This document shows positions 1 through 8,900 of a stretch of DNA of 13,326 bases, one piece after another (within the stretch, counting starts at the first letter, position 1; each line of letters opens with the position of its first letter). Position numbers and translations under genes: made by a program. The notes beneath the pieces are model-generated. The model was given only the letters and a program-made list of their open reading frames with translations. It had not been told where the DNA came from and made no database searches. Source of the DNA: Fidelibacterota bacterium. GTDB taxonomy: Bacteria; Fidelibacterota; Marinisomatia; Marinisomatales; Marinisomataceae. The stretch is taken from the NCBI GenBank assembly GCA_018672235.1, contig JABHGE010000004.1, positions 1 to 13,326 of the forward strand, read 5' to 3'.

Positions 1-173
1 CCAGGAGCAGCTAATTCAAGTCGCATCCCTAGTGCTAACAATCCACCTAGAAAGAAAAATATTATTCCACCAAAAAGATACATAAGACCAATACGCTTAT
101 GATCTAATGTTAGCACCCATGACATTATGCCTTTTGGATGAGTAAGATAATTTTGTTTTTGATTTTCAGCCAT
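1..173 (-). CDS. ctaD: Cytochrome c oxidase subunit I, N-terminal fragment (gene continues beyond the left edge of the window)
   Basis: Not in the ORF track. Manual translation from ATG at 173 gives MAENQKQNYLTHPKGIMSWVLTLDHKRIGLMYLFGGIIFFFLGGLLALGMRLELAAPG, with the heme-copper oxidase subunit I N-terminal signature W-x-x-T-x-DHKxIGxMY ... GG ... MRLEL. AGGA lies 7 nt upstream of the ATG, and the gene starts 20 nt after the subunit II stop. Confidence 0.95.
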   Translation of the reverse strand, partial: MAENQKQNYLTHPKGIMSWVLTLDHKRIGLMYLFGGIIFFFLGGLLALGMRLELAAP

Positions 174-193
174 AAGTATATCCTAATTTACAA

Positions 194-1165
194 TTAAATT
201 TGAGAATCCTCTTTTAAAGATTTTAAGAAAGCAATCAATGCATCTAGCTCCCTATCATTTAATAGACCTTGATAGGTAGGCATAACTCCTTGGTAACCTG
301 CTACTATTTTTGTTTGTGGTTCTAGTATAGAGCTTCTTATATAATTATCATCAATTATAGTACTAGTACCATCATCAAAAACTCTTTCCTCTCCCCACAT
401 TTGACTCGTCTGCAAGTATGATGGGCCAACTAAAGCGGATCCATCTAAGGTATGACAAGTGTTACATGCTTTTTTAGTATATAATTTTGCACCAAGCTCA
501 TCTAGCGGTATATCTTCATCATCTGATCCAAGCTCTGCAACCCATGCTTCATATTGTGCAGGTTTCATAACAATAACTTTTGCTCCCATTTGTGAGTGTC
601 CTGTTCCACAATATTCGGTACAAAATATATCATATACTCCCTCTTGTTGGGCATCAAACCACATTACATTATATCTATTAGGTAGACAGTCCATCTTAGT
701 TCTCATAACAGGAATAAAGAAGCTATGTAATACGTCCTTAGAAGAAAGAACAATTTTAATAGGCTGATTAGAAGGTACTACAAGCTCGTTAAGAGTTGTA
801 CCTCCATCGGGATAATCAAATGTCCAAAACCAACTCTGACCAGTAACTTTAATTTCAATCGCATCATCAGGAACAATGATCATTTTTAAATATGATCTAA
901 TACCCCATACAAATGTGATACTTACTAGTATAAGAGGAACAATGAAAAATAGTGATTCTAGTATATTGCTGTGATCTTTACTGCTCGTGAGTCTGATCTC
1001 ATCGCCTTTTTTGAATCGATATTTGATTGCTAAGTACGCCATACCGAATACAACGATAGCAAAGAGGGCTATTGATGAATAAAAAATAAAATAGAATAGG
1101 TTATCGATGTCAGCAGCAAAGGTTGACACCTGTTTTGGAAACAAATATTCAGTTAATCTATCCAT
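194..1165 (-). CDS. ctaC: Cytochrome c oxidase subunit II with C-terminal cytochrome c domain (caa3-type)
   Basis: Two N-terminal TM helices, the aromatic GQSWFWTFDY motif, CuA ligands DVLHSF and CTEYCGTGHSQM, and a C-terminal c-type heme domain (CNTCH, GPS, YIRSSILEP, distal Met in GVMPTY). Confidence 0.96.
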   Translation of the reverse strand: MDRLTEYLFPKQVSTFAADIDNLFYFIFYSSIALFAIVVFGMAYLAIKYRFKKGDEIRLTSSKDHSNILESLFFIVPLILVSITFVWGIRSYLKMIIVPDDAIEIKVTGQSWFWTFDYPDGGTTLNELVVPSNQPIKIVLSSKDVLHSFFIPVMRTKMDCLPNRYNVMWFDAQQEGVYDIFCTEYCGTGHSQMGAKVIVMKPAQYEAWVAELGSDDEDIPLDELGAKLYTKKACNTCHTLDGSALVGPSYLQTSQMWGEERVFDDGTSTIIDDNYIRSSILEPQTKIVAGYQGVMPTYQGLLNDRELDALIAFLKSLKEDSQI

Positions 1166-1176
1166 GTCTTCTACTA

Positions 1177-1983
1177 TTATCCCCTAAATAAATTATAATC
1201 ATTTTTCCAGTAACCTACAATTGTAATACCTAGAAAAATGATAGTTAATATACCTCCTAATCTCATAACATTGGTAGCAAAAAGTGTATAAGTATTTTTG
1301 TATGGGTCATAGTGGTAGCAATAAAGAACTATTTTATCAAGAGTACTTCCTATTTTTCCTTCTCCAGCCTCTAACAAGCTTAGCTTTAAATCCTTTGCTA
1401 GAAATTGAATTCCATATAAATATCGTGATATTTTTCCTTCTGGACTTAATACAGAAATTGCTGCAGGATGCATATACTCATCTCTATCTTCGTCATAATA
1501 GTATATAAACCCTATGCTATCGGCAATTTTCTTTATATTCTCTTGATCACCAGTTAAAAAGTGCCAATCATTCTTAACGTTCTTAAGATTGTATCCTGCT
1601 ATATAGTTTTGTTTCTTTTGATTGGCAAATGCTGTGCTCTCATTAGGGTTAATATCAATAGTAATGACTTGATATTCTTCTCCTGCATTCAATGTTAGCT
1701 TTTCAATTGATTCAGCTAACCCATTTAGCACAAGCGTACAGAGCATCGGGCATTCAAAGTAATTTAATGTGAGAATTGTAGGAATATTTTTTTCAAATAA
1801 ATCTTTTAAGAGAATTGTTTCACCGGATTCATTGATAAATGTAGTATCTAAAGGAATATAATCTCCTAATTGCTCTATAACATCTATTGGAGACTCTGTT
1901 GGAGGTTCTTCTTTTAATGTTTGCGAAAACAAGAAGTGACTTGAAAATAGAAATACTAAAAGTAGATTATTTCTTTTGATCAT
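1177..1983 (-). CDS. SCO1/SenC family copper chaperone (CuA assembly)
   Basis: Thioredoxin-like SCO signature YFECPMLC (CxxxC), WHFLTG, conserved His in YMHPAA, G-x-ISRYLYG. It has a signal-peptide-like N-terminus and a C-terminal TM helix, and sits directly upstream of subunit II. Confidence 0.92.
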   Translation of the reverse strand: MIKRNNLLLVFLFSSHFLFSQTLKEEPPTESPIDVIEQLGDYIPLDTTFINESGETILLKDLFEKNIPTILTLNYFECPMLCTLVLNGLAESIEKLTLNAGEEYQVITIDINPNESTAFANQKKQNYIAGYNLKNVKNDWHFLTGDQENIKKIADSIGFIYYYDEDRDEYMHPAAISVLSPEGKISRYLYGIQFLAKDLKLSLLEAGEGKIGSTLDKIVLYCYHYDPYKNTYTLFATNVMRLGGILTIIFLGITIVGYWKNDYNLFRG

Positions 1984-2266
1984 CTAGTAATAGCTCTTTT
2001 GATCGATCAATAGGTATATGATAAATTTCTTTTTCTTTGTCGATTACCTTATAGCTATTGAGAGTTTCGCTTTCTGATTTTCTTAATTCTATTAATTTTT
2101 TTGATCGTTTACTGAGTTTAAATTCATAAATAGTGTCATCTAAGACGCGTACATAGTATTCAAATAAAAGAAAAAGGGTGACTATGATTGTTAAAACAAA
2201 TATAAACCCTCCAATTATTACTGGCTTAACTGGTATATCTTCTTTTTCGTAACCTAGATTATCCAT
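1967..2266 (-). CDS. actG: Small single-TM protein, probable Alternative Complex III subunit ActG
   Basis: 99 aa with GYEKED before one TM helix and a C-terminal LNSYKVIDKEKEIYHIPIDRSKELL segment resembling the Y-x-W-VD...IPI-x-RAM pattern I recall for ActG. It lies directly after actF (2-nt gap), the usual actG position. Confidence 0.7.
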   Translation of the reverse strand: MDNLGYEKEDIPVKPVIIGGFIFVLTIIVTLFLLFEYYVRVLDDTIYEFKLSKRSKKLIELRKSESETLNSYKVIDKEKEIYHIPIDRSKELLLDDQKK

Positions 2267-2268
2267 AA

Positions 2269-3471
2269 CTAGTGATTCCTATGATTGATTGAATGTATTA
2301 ATTCTGGATCATTGATAGATACTAAAGAACTTCTGGACATGATATATCTAAAGCCGCCAATAAATATAGAAGCAAACCCTAACATACTAGCAATATCATA
2401 TATTCCAATATGAAAATCATGATGGTGAATAGTTGGCATCACAATAAAATTAATATCGATATAATGCATAAATAATATCCATATGCTCATAAATTGCAGT
2501 AGTCTTATATTTCTTTTTGACCCTCTAAAAATTAAAGAAAAGAATGGAATAAAAAACTTACCTACTATCAATAAAACACTTATTGTTTTCCAGGAACCTA
2601 CCCATCGATGAAGATACCAAATAGTTTCTTCTGGAATATTACTGTACCAAATAAAATAAAATTGTGCTCCAGCGATGTAACAGTAAAAAACTGTAAATGC
2701 AAATAAGTATTTACCAAGATCATGGAAATGTTCCTCAGATACAATATCTTTTAAATATCCCTGATCTTTCAGGCGGATTAGTGTAAATGTTAAGAACGCT
2801 AAGAATGCTAAGAATGATCCTGCAAAAGTATATACTCCATACATCGTAGAATACCAATGAGGGTCTAAGCTCATTAACCAGTCTAGGCCTGCAAAAGTAA
2901 TACTTGTAAACAGCAATACCCCTATAGGACTCATAGTGAAATTCTTTAATTTTATTAATGCGTTATGGTCTCCATCAATATCGTGCTTAGTAGATGTGAA
3001 ATAAATATAAAAAGCTATGACGTTCCATAAGCTAAAATATGCTACTGCTCTTTGTATAAAAAATTGTTTATTTAGAAAGGGTAGTTTGTGCTGTATAAGA
3101 TGATCAGCTTCAAAGCTATGTGTAAGCCAATAACTGTGAGCTGGAAGCCATTTAAATAACAATTCCATACCTGCAATAATTGGAAGAAATAATATTGTAA
3201 ATATTGGCATTAACATCAGAGTATTCTCCATAACTCTTTTTATAGCAACACTCCATGTAGCAGAAAAAGCATAGTGAACAAATATAAAGAACATTGCTCC
3301 AAGTATAATGCTTAACCAGAAAAAGAAAGATGTTAGATAGGAAAAATAAAATTCTTTTGAATCAAAACCAGAAAACCAAGCAATACTAAGTAGTGCTAGT
3401 CCTGCAAAAATTAAAATAAAATTAGTAGATTTTTTTGAGCTATAATTATATGTTTTTGAATCTAATTTCAT
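2269..3471 (-). CDS. actF: Alternative Complex III subunit ActF (quinol:cytochrome c oxidoreductase membrane subunit, ActC paralog)
   Basis: About 10 hydrophobic segments. Motifs DWLMSLDPHWYSTMYG, HFHDLGKYLFAF and QFYFIWYSNIPEETIWY are characteristic of ActF. Position after actE with ATGA overlap. Confidence 0.93.
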   Translation of the reverse strand: MKLDSKTYNYSSKKSTNFILIFAGLALLSIAWFSGFDSKEFYFSYLTSFFFWLSIILGAMFFIFVHYAFSATWSVAIKRVMENTLMLMPIFTILFLPIIAGMELLFKWLPAHSYWLTHSFEADHLIQHKLPFLNKQFFIQRAVAYFSLWNVIAFYIYFTSTKHDIDGDHNALIKLKNFTMSPIGVLLFTSITFAGLDWLMSLDPHWYSTMYGVYTFAGSFLAFLAFLTFTLIRLKDQGYLKDIVSEEHFHDLGKYLFAFTVFYCYIAGAQFYFIWYSNIPEETIWYLHRWVGSWKTISVLLIVGKFFIPFFSLIFRGSKRNIRLLQFMSIWILFMHYIDINFIVMPTIHHHDFHIGIYDIASMLGFASIFIGGFRYIMSRSSLVSINDPELIHSINHRNH

Positions 3472-4076
3472 GATTTTTTAGCAATTTTTTCTTGTTCATC
3501 TTGTGGTAAATCTTGAAAAGTAGCATTCTGACTTTTTTGCAATGCTCTAACATAATGGACAATTGACCAAATATCATCAGCCTCTATTTGATATCCATAT
3601 GCAGGCATACTACGTAATCCATATCTAATAGTATTAAACATCTCACCATCAGGTTGCATACGAATGCGTTCGTCATGCAAGTTAGCAGGAATAACAGGGT
3701 AATCATATTGCGTAACAATACCTTTACCATTTCCTACCTGAGAATGACATGGAGTACAATAAATATTGAATCTATCTTGACCTCTATCTAGCACTTCTGC
3801 TGATAATGCTATGGGATTATTTACTAAGTATGATCCATCTTCATTTTTACCATTTAAAAATGATGCATTTTCATCATACTGTCCTCTAGCAATAGTCCCT
3901 TCAATTGGAGTTCTCATAGTTGAGCCATCTTCAAAGAAATAGCTTTCTTCTAAAGATCTATACTTCTGCTGATTGTCCATATTGGGATTTAAATGAATTG
4001 GAGTTTCTTCAAATTTTGCACCTCTAAAACATCCGGTTAAAAATAACAGGCTTAAAAGTAATATATTAATTCTCAT
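3468..4076 (-). CDS. actE: Alternative Complex III subunit ActE, monoheme cytochrome c lipoprotein
   Basis: Lipoprotein signal MRINILLLSLLFLTG|C (Cys codon 4029-4031), PNMDNQQKY, R-x-P-x-EGTIARG, single heme motif CTPCH, distal Met in SMPAYG, and WSIVHYVRALQ. Confidence 0.93.
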   Translation of the reverse strand: MRINILLLSLLFLTGCFRGAKFEETPIHLNPNMDNQQKYRSLEESYFFEDGSTMRTPIEGTIARGQYDENASFLNGKNEDGSYLVNNPIALSAEVLDRGQDRFNIYCTPCHSQVGNGKGIVTQYDYPVIPANLHDERIRMQPDGEMFNTIRYGLRSMPAYGYQIEADDIWSIVHYVRALQKSQNATFQDLPQDEQEKIAKKS

Positions 4077-4599
4077 CTTTTAATACCTCAATATCTGTAC
4101 CACCCATTTTCTCTAAAAATGATTTTACTTCTTCTTCGTTATATTTTGGATCTGAAATTTCAATACTAACATAGAATGCATCGCTTGTAACTCTAGAAAA
4201 TTTATCTGAATAAAATACAGGATGATGGAATCGAGGTATGCTGTTAAAATACATCATTCCAAAGACTGCTCCGAAAGCACTAAATAATACCATGAGTTCA
4301 AATGTAATAATTGCGTATGCGGGATAAGCAAAAAATGGTTTTCCACTAATATTCATTGGGTATTCAATTGAATGAATCCAAGTTTGTAGCCCAAAACCAA
4401 ATAAAGCTCCCGTTAGTCCCATTACCCCAATTACATAACCTAATTTAGATCTTTTGAGTCCCATTGCGTCATCCATACCATGAATTGGAAAAGGAGAATG
4501 ACAGTCAAAATCTTTAAATCCTGCATCTCTTACCTTCTCTGCGGCATGAACTAATGCTACGGGAGTATCAAACCTCGCTATTACACCGTATGTATTCAT
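4066..4599 (-). CDS. actD: Alternative Complex III subunit ActD (DUF3341 family)
   Basis: Motifs DCHSPFPIHGMDDAMG, YPMNISGKP and ITFELMVLFSA, two TM helices, and position between actC and actE. Confidence 0.93.
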   Translation of the reverse strand: MNTYGVIARFDTPVALVHAAEKVRDAGFKDFDCHSPFPIHGMDDAMGLKRSKLGYVIGVMGLTGALFGFGLQTWIHSIEYPMNISGKPFFAYPAYAIITFELMVLFSAFGAVFGMMYFNSIPRFHHPVFYSDKFSRVTSDAFYVSIEISDPKYNEEEVKSFLEKMGGTDIEVLKDEN

Positions 4600-5984
4600 T
4601 CTTCGTGTCCGTGATGAGGGTTAGACTCTGGTAATACTAATTTTGCTTCAGCAATAGAAACCATTGGTAAGAATCTTAAGAATAGAAGAAATCCTGTAAA
4701 GAATAGCCCAAATGTGCCTATATAAATTGATACATCAAATATTGTTGGATTATACATAGCCCAAGCACCTGGCATGAAATCTCTATGAAGTGTGATAACT
4801 ACAATTACAAACCGTTCAAACCACATTCCAATATTTACTAGGATAGATGTGATAAATAGAAATGGAATATGCCTTCTGTAGCGTTCAAACCAAAAAAATT
4901 GAGGAACAACAACATTACAAAAGATCATTGCCCAATAGCCCCACCAGTATGGACCTAAAGCTCTATTCACAAAAGCAAACGATTCATATGCATTACCACT
5001 ATACCATGCAACAAAGAATTCCATTGAATAGGCATAACCAACCATACAGCCAGTTAATAGCATAATTTGTGCCATCTTATCAAGATGCTCTAATGTAATA
5101 ATATGTCCTAGATTATATACTTTTCTTGCTATAATAGAGAGTGTCATTACCATTCCAAATCCAGAGTAAATTGCACCTGCTACAAAATAAGGGGGGAATA
5201 TTGTTGTATGCCAACCCGGTATTATACTAGTAGCAAAGTCAGAACTAACAACACTGTGAACTGATAATACTAGAGGAGTGGATATACCAGCAAGAACTAA
5301 GTAGGCTAGCTCATAATGCTGCCACTGTCTATTTCCACCTCTCCATCCTAATGCAAAGAATCCATAAATTTTTCTTTTTAAATTTGTTTTTGCCCTATCT
5401 CTTAAAGTTGCTAAGTCTGGAATCAGTCCTGTATACCAAAATAATAGTGACACTGTAAAATAGGTGAACACAGCAAAGAAATCCCATATTAATGGACTTC
5501 TCATGTTTGGCCACATTCCCATTTGATTTGGTATAGGCAAGAACCAATAAGCTACCCAAATTCTACCGACATGAATCCCAGGAAAAACAAGCGCACAAAT
5601 AACAGCGAAAAGTGTCATAGTCTCAGCAAATCTATTAATGGCATTTCTCCAATTTTGTCTAAATAAATGCAAGATAGCAGATATTAAAGTACCTGCATGA
5701 CCAATACCTACCCACCAAACAAAATTAATAATAGCCCAACCCCAGAATACGGGATTATTAATACCCCAGATTCCAGTACCTTCCCATATAAGAAATCCAA
5801 CACTACCTGCAAAAATTGCTAGCAAAGAAAGAGCAAATCCAAATAAAAGCCACCATTGAATTGGAGTTTTTTTACTTTCAGGCACTCCTGCTATATCATC
5901 AGTAATAGTAGTAAAATTTTGATTACCAGGAAGTAGTTTTTCAGCACGAATTTCTGCTTTTGACTTTATTTTATTCTCTAGCAT
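4596..5984 (-). CDS. actC: Alternative Complex III subunit ActC (NrfD/PsrC-family quinol-oxidising membrane subunit)
   Basis: WGWAIINFVWWVGIGHAGTLISAIL, INRFAETMT, HVGR, SPLIWDFFAV, PLVLSVHSVVSSDFA, PGWHTTIFPPYFVAGAIYSG and GMWFERFVIV are ActC signatures, including the His and Asp residues associated with the quinol site. Confidence 0.96.
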   Translation of the reverse strand: MLENKIKSKAEIRAEKLLPGNQNFTTITDDIAGVPESKKTPIQWWLLFGFALSLLAIFAGSVGFLIWEGTGIWGINNPVFWGWAIINFVWWVGIGHAGTLISAILHLFRQNWRNAINRFAETMTLFAVICALVFPGIHVGRIWVAYWFLPIPNQMGMWPNMRSPLIWDFFAVFTYFTVSLLFWYTGLIPDLATLRDRAKTNLKRKIYGFFALGWRGGNRQWQHYELAYLVLAGISTPLVLSVHSVVSSDFATSIIPGWHTTIFPPYFVAGAIYSGFGMVMTLSIIARKVYNLGHIITLEHLDKMAQIMLLTGCMVGYAYSMEFFVAWYSGNAYESFAFVNRALGPYWWGYWAMIFCNVVVPQFFWFERYRRHIPFLFITSILVNIGMWFERFVIVVITLHRDFMPGAWAMYNPTIFDVSIYIGTFGLFFTGFLLFLRFLPMVSIAEAKLVLPESNPHHGHEE

Positions 5985-8900
5985 CTAGTGATGCGCTCCC
6001 TGATGATTATTTGAAGATAACTTAGGATTCTGATTTCTAATTTTTGCAAGATATGTAGTTCTTGGGCTAGTACCAAGCTGTCCTAATAAAGCATAGTCGC
6101 GATTACGGCTTTTTGCTTTACTAACTGCGCTATTTGGATCATTAATATCTCCAAATTTAATAGCATCAGCTGGACAAGATTGTGCGCAAGCTACTTTAAC
6201 GTCTCCATCAACTAGGTCTCTATTTTCATTTTCTGCTTTAATACGAGCTTCACTAACACGCTGATAACAGTAAGTACATTTTTCCATAACCCCTCTAAAA
6301 CGCATACTTACATCAGGGTTCATGGCCATTTGTACTACTTCTGGAAGGTCTTTTGTATAATTATAAAAATTAAATTTTCTTACTTTATAAGGACAATTAT
6401 TTGCACAATACCTTGTGCCTAGACAGCGATTATAAGTCATTTGATTTACACCATCTGTAGAATGTGTAGTAGCGCCAACTGGACAAACTTGCTCACAAGG
6501 AGCTAATTCGCAATGTACGCATGCAACAGATTGTGTAGATACTTCTGGATTATCAGGATCGCCGGAAAAATAATTGTCGATACGAATCCAATGCATTTCT
6601 CTACCATTCATTACTTGCTGCTTACCTACTATAGGAATATTGTTCTCACTTTGACAGGCAATAGAACAAGCATTACAACTGGTACAGCTTGTCAAATCTA
6701 TCGACATTCCCCACTGATGACCTTTTGAATAATCATATTCAGGCTCAGGATTATACATTGAATGATCTTCCCAACTTCTGCTCTTATCTGGCTTATGCTC
6801 TTCAACTACATCCTTAATAAATTCTGGATGTTTTTTATAATCTTCCATTGTTGACTGCTTTACTAGATCAGGAATTCTTGATTGGACTTCTTTAGTTGAT
6901 AGGTCGCTAAATCCTGGCGCTGCAAGTTTATCTTCTTCAAGACCATAGTGTTCTTGGGTCGTTGCTAATGGATATGTTTCATTGAGAATTTTAATCTCAG
7001 CATTTACAGCATAACCCATATTCGAACTTGTTCTTAATGGGTACATATTAAAACCTACACCGCTACCAATTCTACCAGAAAACTCTCTGCCATACCCCAG
7101 TTCAAGAGTAATTGTTTTTTGATTTTGCCCAGGTACAATCCATGCTGGAACCTTAACGCTTTTGTCGCCTAATAATATTTGAATCATTTGACCATTTTTT
7201 ATATTTAATTTTTTTGCAACTTTCATACTAACAAAAGCAGCATTATCCCATGTTAAGCTAGTTATCGGTTTTGGGATCTCTTGTAACCAACCATTATTTG
7301 CATATCTTCCATCATAAACAGAAGAAGATGGTGCAAAAATTAATTCAAATTTATTATCATCAAGAGCTTGATCTTTAGTCAATACCGCTGTAGAAATTTT
7401 ATTTTGGATACGAACTTTTTGAGTGCTCAGCAATGGCTTAGCATGAATTCCTTCATGTAATATTTTTTCCCATTTTCTTTCAAAATTTGCTTCATTCACA
7501 ATACTATCTTTCCAGACTTTTTTAACGGTATCATAAGAACTTCTATCTTCTTTAAAAATGATAGGAGTGAGAACCTGTAATGCGCTTTTTGAATCAAAAA
7601 GTGGTCTAATTTGTGGTTGAATAATACTTGCATAGCCATCATAGGTCATTGCATCTCCCCAAGTTTCAAAGAAATGAGCTTGTGCAATACTCCATTGACA
7701 ATGCTTTGAAGTTTCATCATAAAAACTACTTAGATGAACTGCAGATTTTACTTTCTTTAGGGATGCTTCAAAGTTGCAATCAGATGGAGCGTCATATACT
7801 GGATTACCTCCCAAAATAATTAAATTATCTATCGCACCTTTAGCCATCTTCTTACATAGCACTTTAAAATCTTTCATTGAAGTAACATGTGCTTTATCTA
7901 GTGGATAATAATCGATTGGTGCTTTTAATTGGTTGTTAATACCTGTAATTAAGCAATGAATATCTGCTGGTAAATCACTTCCACCTATAATGATAGATTC
8001 ACCCTTATTTTTTATTAAATCTTCTGCAACAGTTTTAATCCATAAATGATTGGAGCTTTTTACAGGCTTAGCATCAATTTTTAATCCTAATTTTTTTAAT
8101 TCTCCAGCTAACTCTCTTAAAACTGAAGCAAACTGGTGATTCGGAACATTCAAACGATGATCTGCGCTAGATCCAGTAGGAGTCATAAAGCTTTCTACAA
8201 CATACAATCTGTTCATTGTACTTTTTTCATCTTCTAAATCTCTATTTTGAGCAAATTTTCGTGTATGATATACGCAATTATCTTCAACTCCCAGAAAGTC
8301 AGATCCTATAGAAAGAATTGTCTGCGCACTTTCTAGGCGATTCAATGGTTGTAATTTTTTACCAAAAGCTTTTTCAATCCCTCTATATAAGTTTTCATTA
8401 TTAATTGGCTCATATACTACCCAATCAGCATCTGGATATGCTTTTTTAAATTCATTATGCATGAATTGTATTGTTGGCGATGAGGACTCTTGCGATAAAA
8501 TAGCTAGCCTATTTCCATTTGAGCTATTCATTGATTGAGCGTATTTAACATATTCAGACCAATCTACTTTTTTCCCATTCAGTCTAACACCTCTAGATCT
8601 GTCAGGATCATACATATCTAGTGTAGTAGCTTGAGCAAAAGAATTAGATTTACCCATGGATGCAGGATGTTTCTCATTACCTTCAACTTTAACCGGTCTT
8701 TCGTCGTGATTTTCAATAATTACTCCTAGAGCATTATTTTTAAAAGGCATAGTAGTTGCATAATGCTTAGGAATTCCAGGTATAGTTGCTATTTCAGCTT
8801 CTACATATGGAATAATTTTTTGTACAGGTTTTTTACAACCTTCTAAACCTGCTAAGGCTACTGATGCGGCTACCAATGATAAAAAATTTCTTCTAGATAG

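Noticed and set aside
459..767. 102-aa plus-strand ORF
   Set aside because: Entirely antisense to the CuA/cytochrome c region of ctaC, with no recognisable motif or RBS. Shadow ORF.
1284..1508. 74-aa plus-strand ORF
   Set aside because: Antisense to the SCO gene, no family features.
4862..5065. 67-aa plus-strand ORF
   Set aside because: Antisense to the highly conserved actC, no supporting signals.
6513..6728. 71-aa plus-strand ORF containing several Cys
   Set aside because: Antisense to the ActB Fe-S domain. The Cys residues form no recognisable metal-binding motif.
7628..7819. 63-aa plus-strand ORF with His-rich start
   Set aside because: Antisense within actB, short, no RBS or homology cues.
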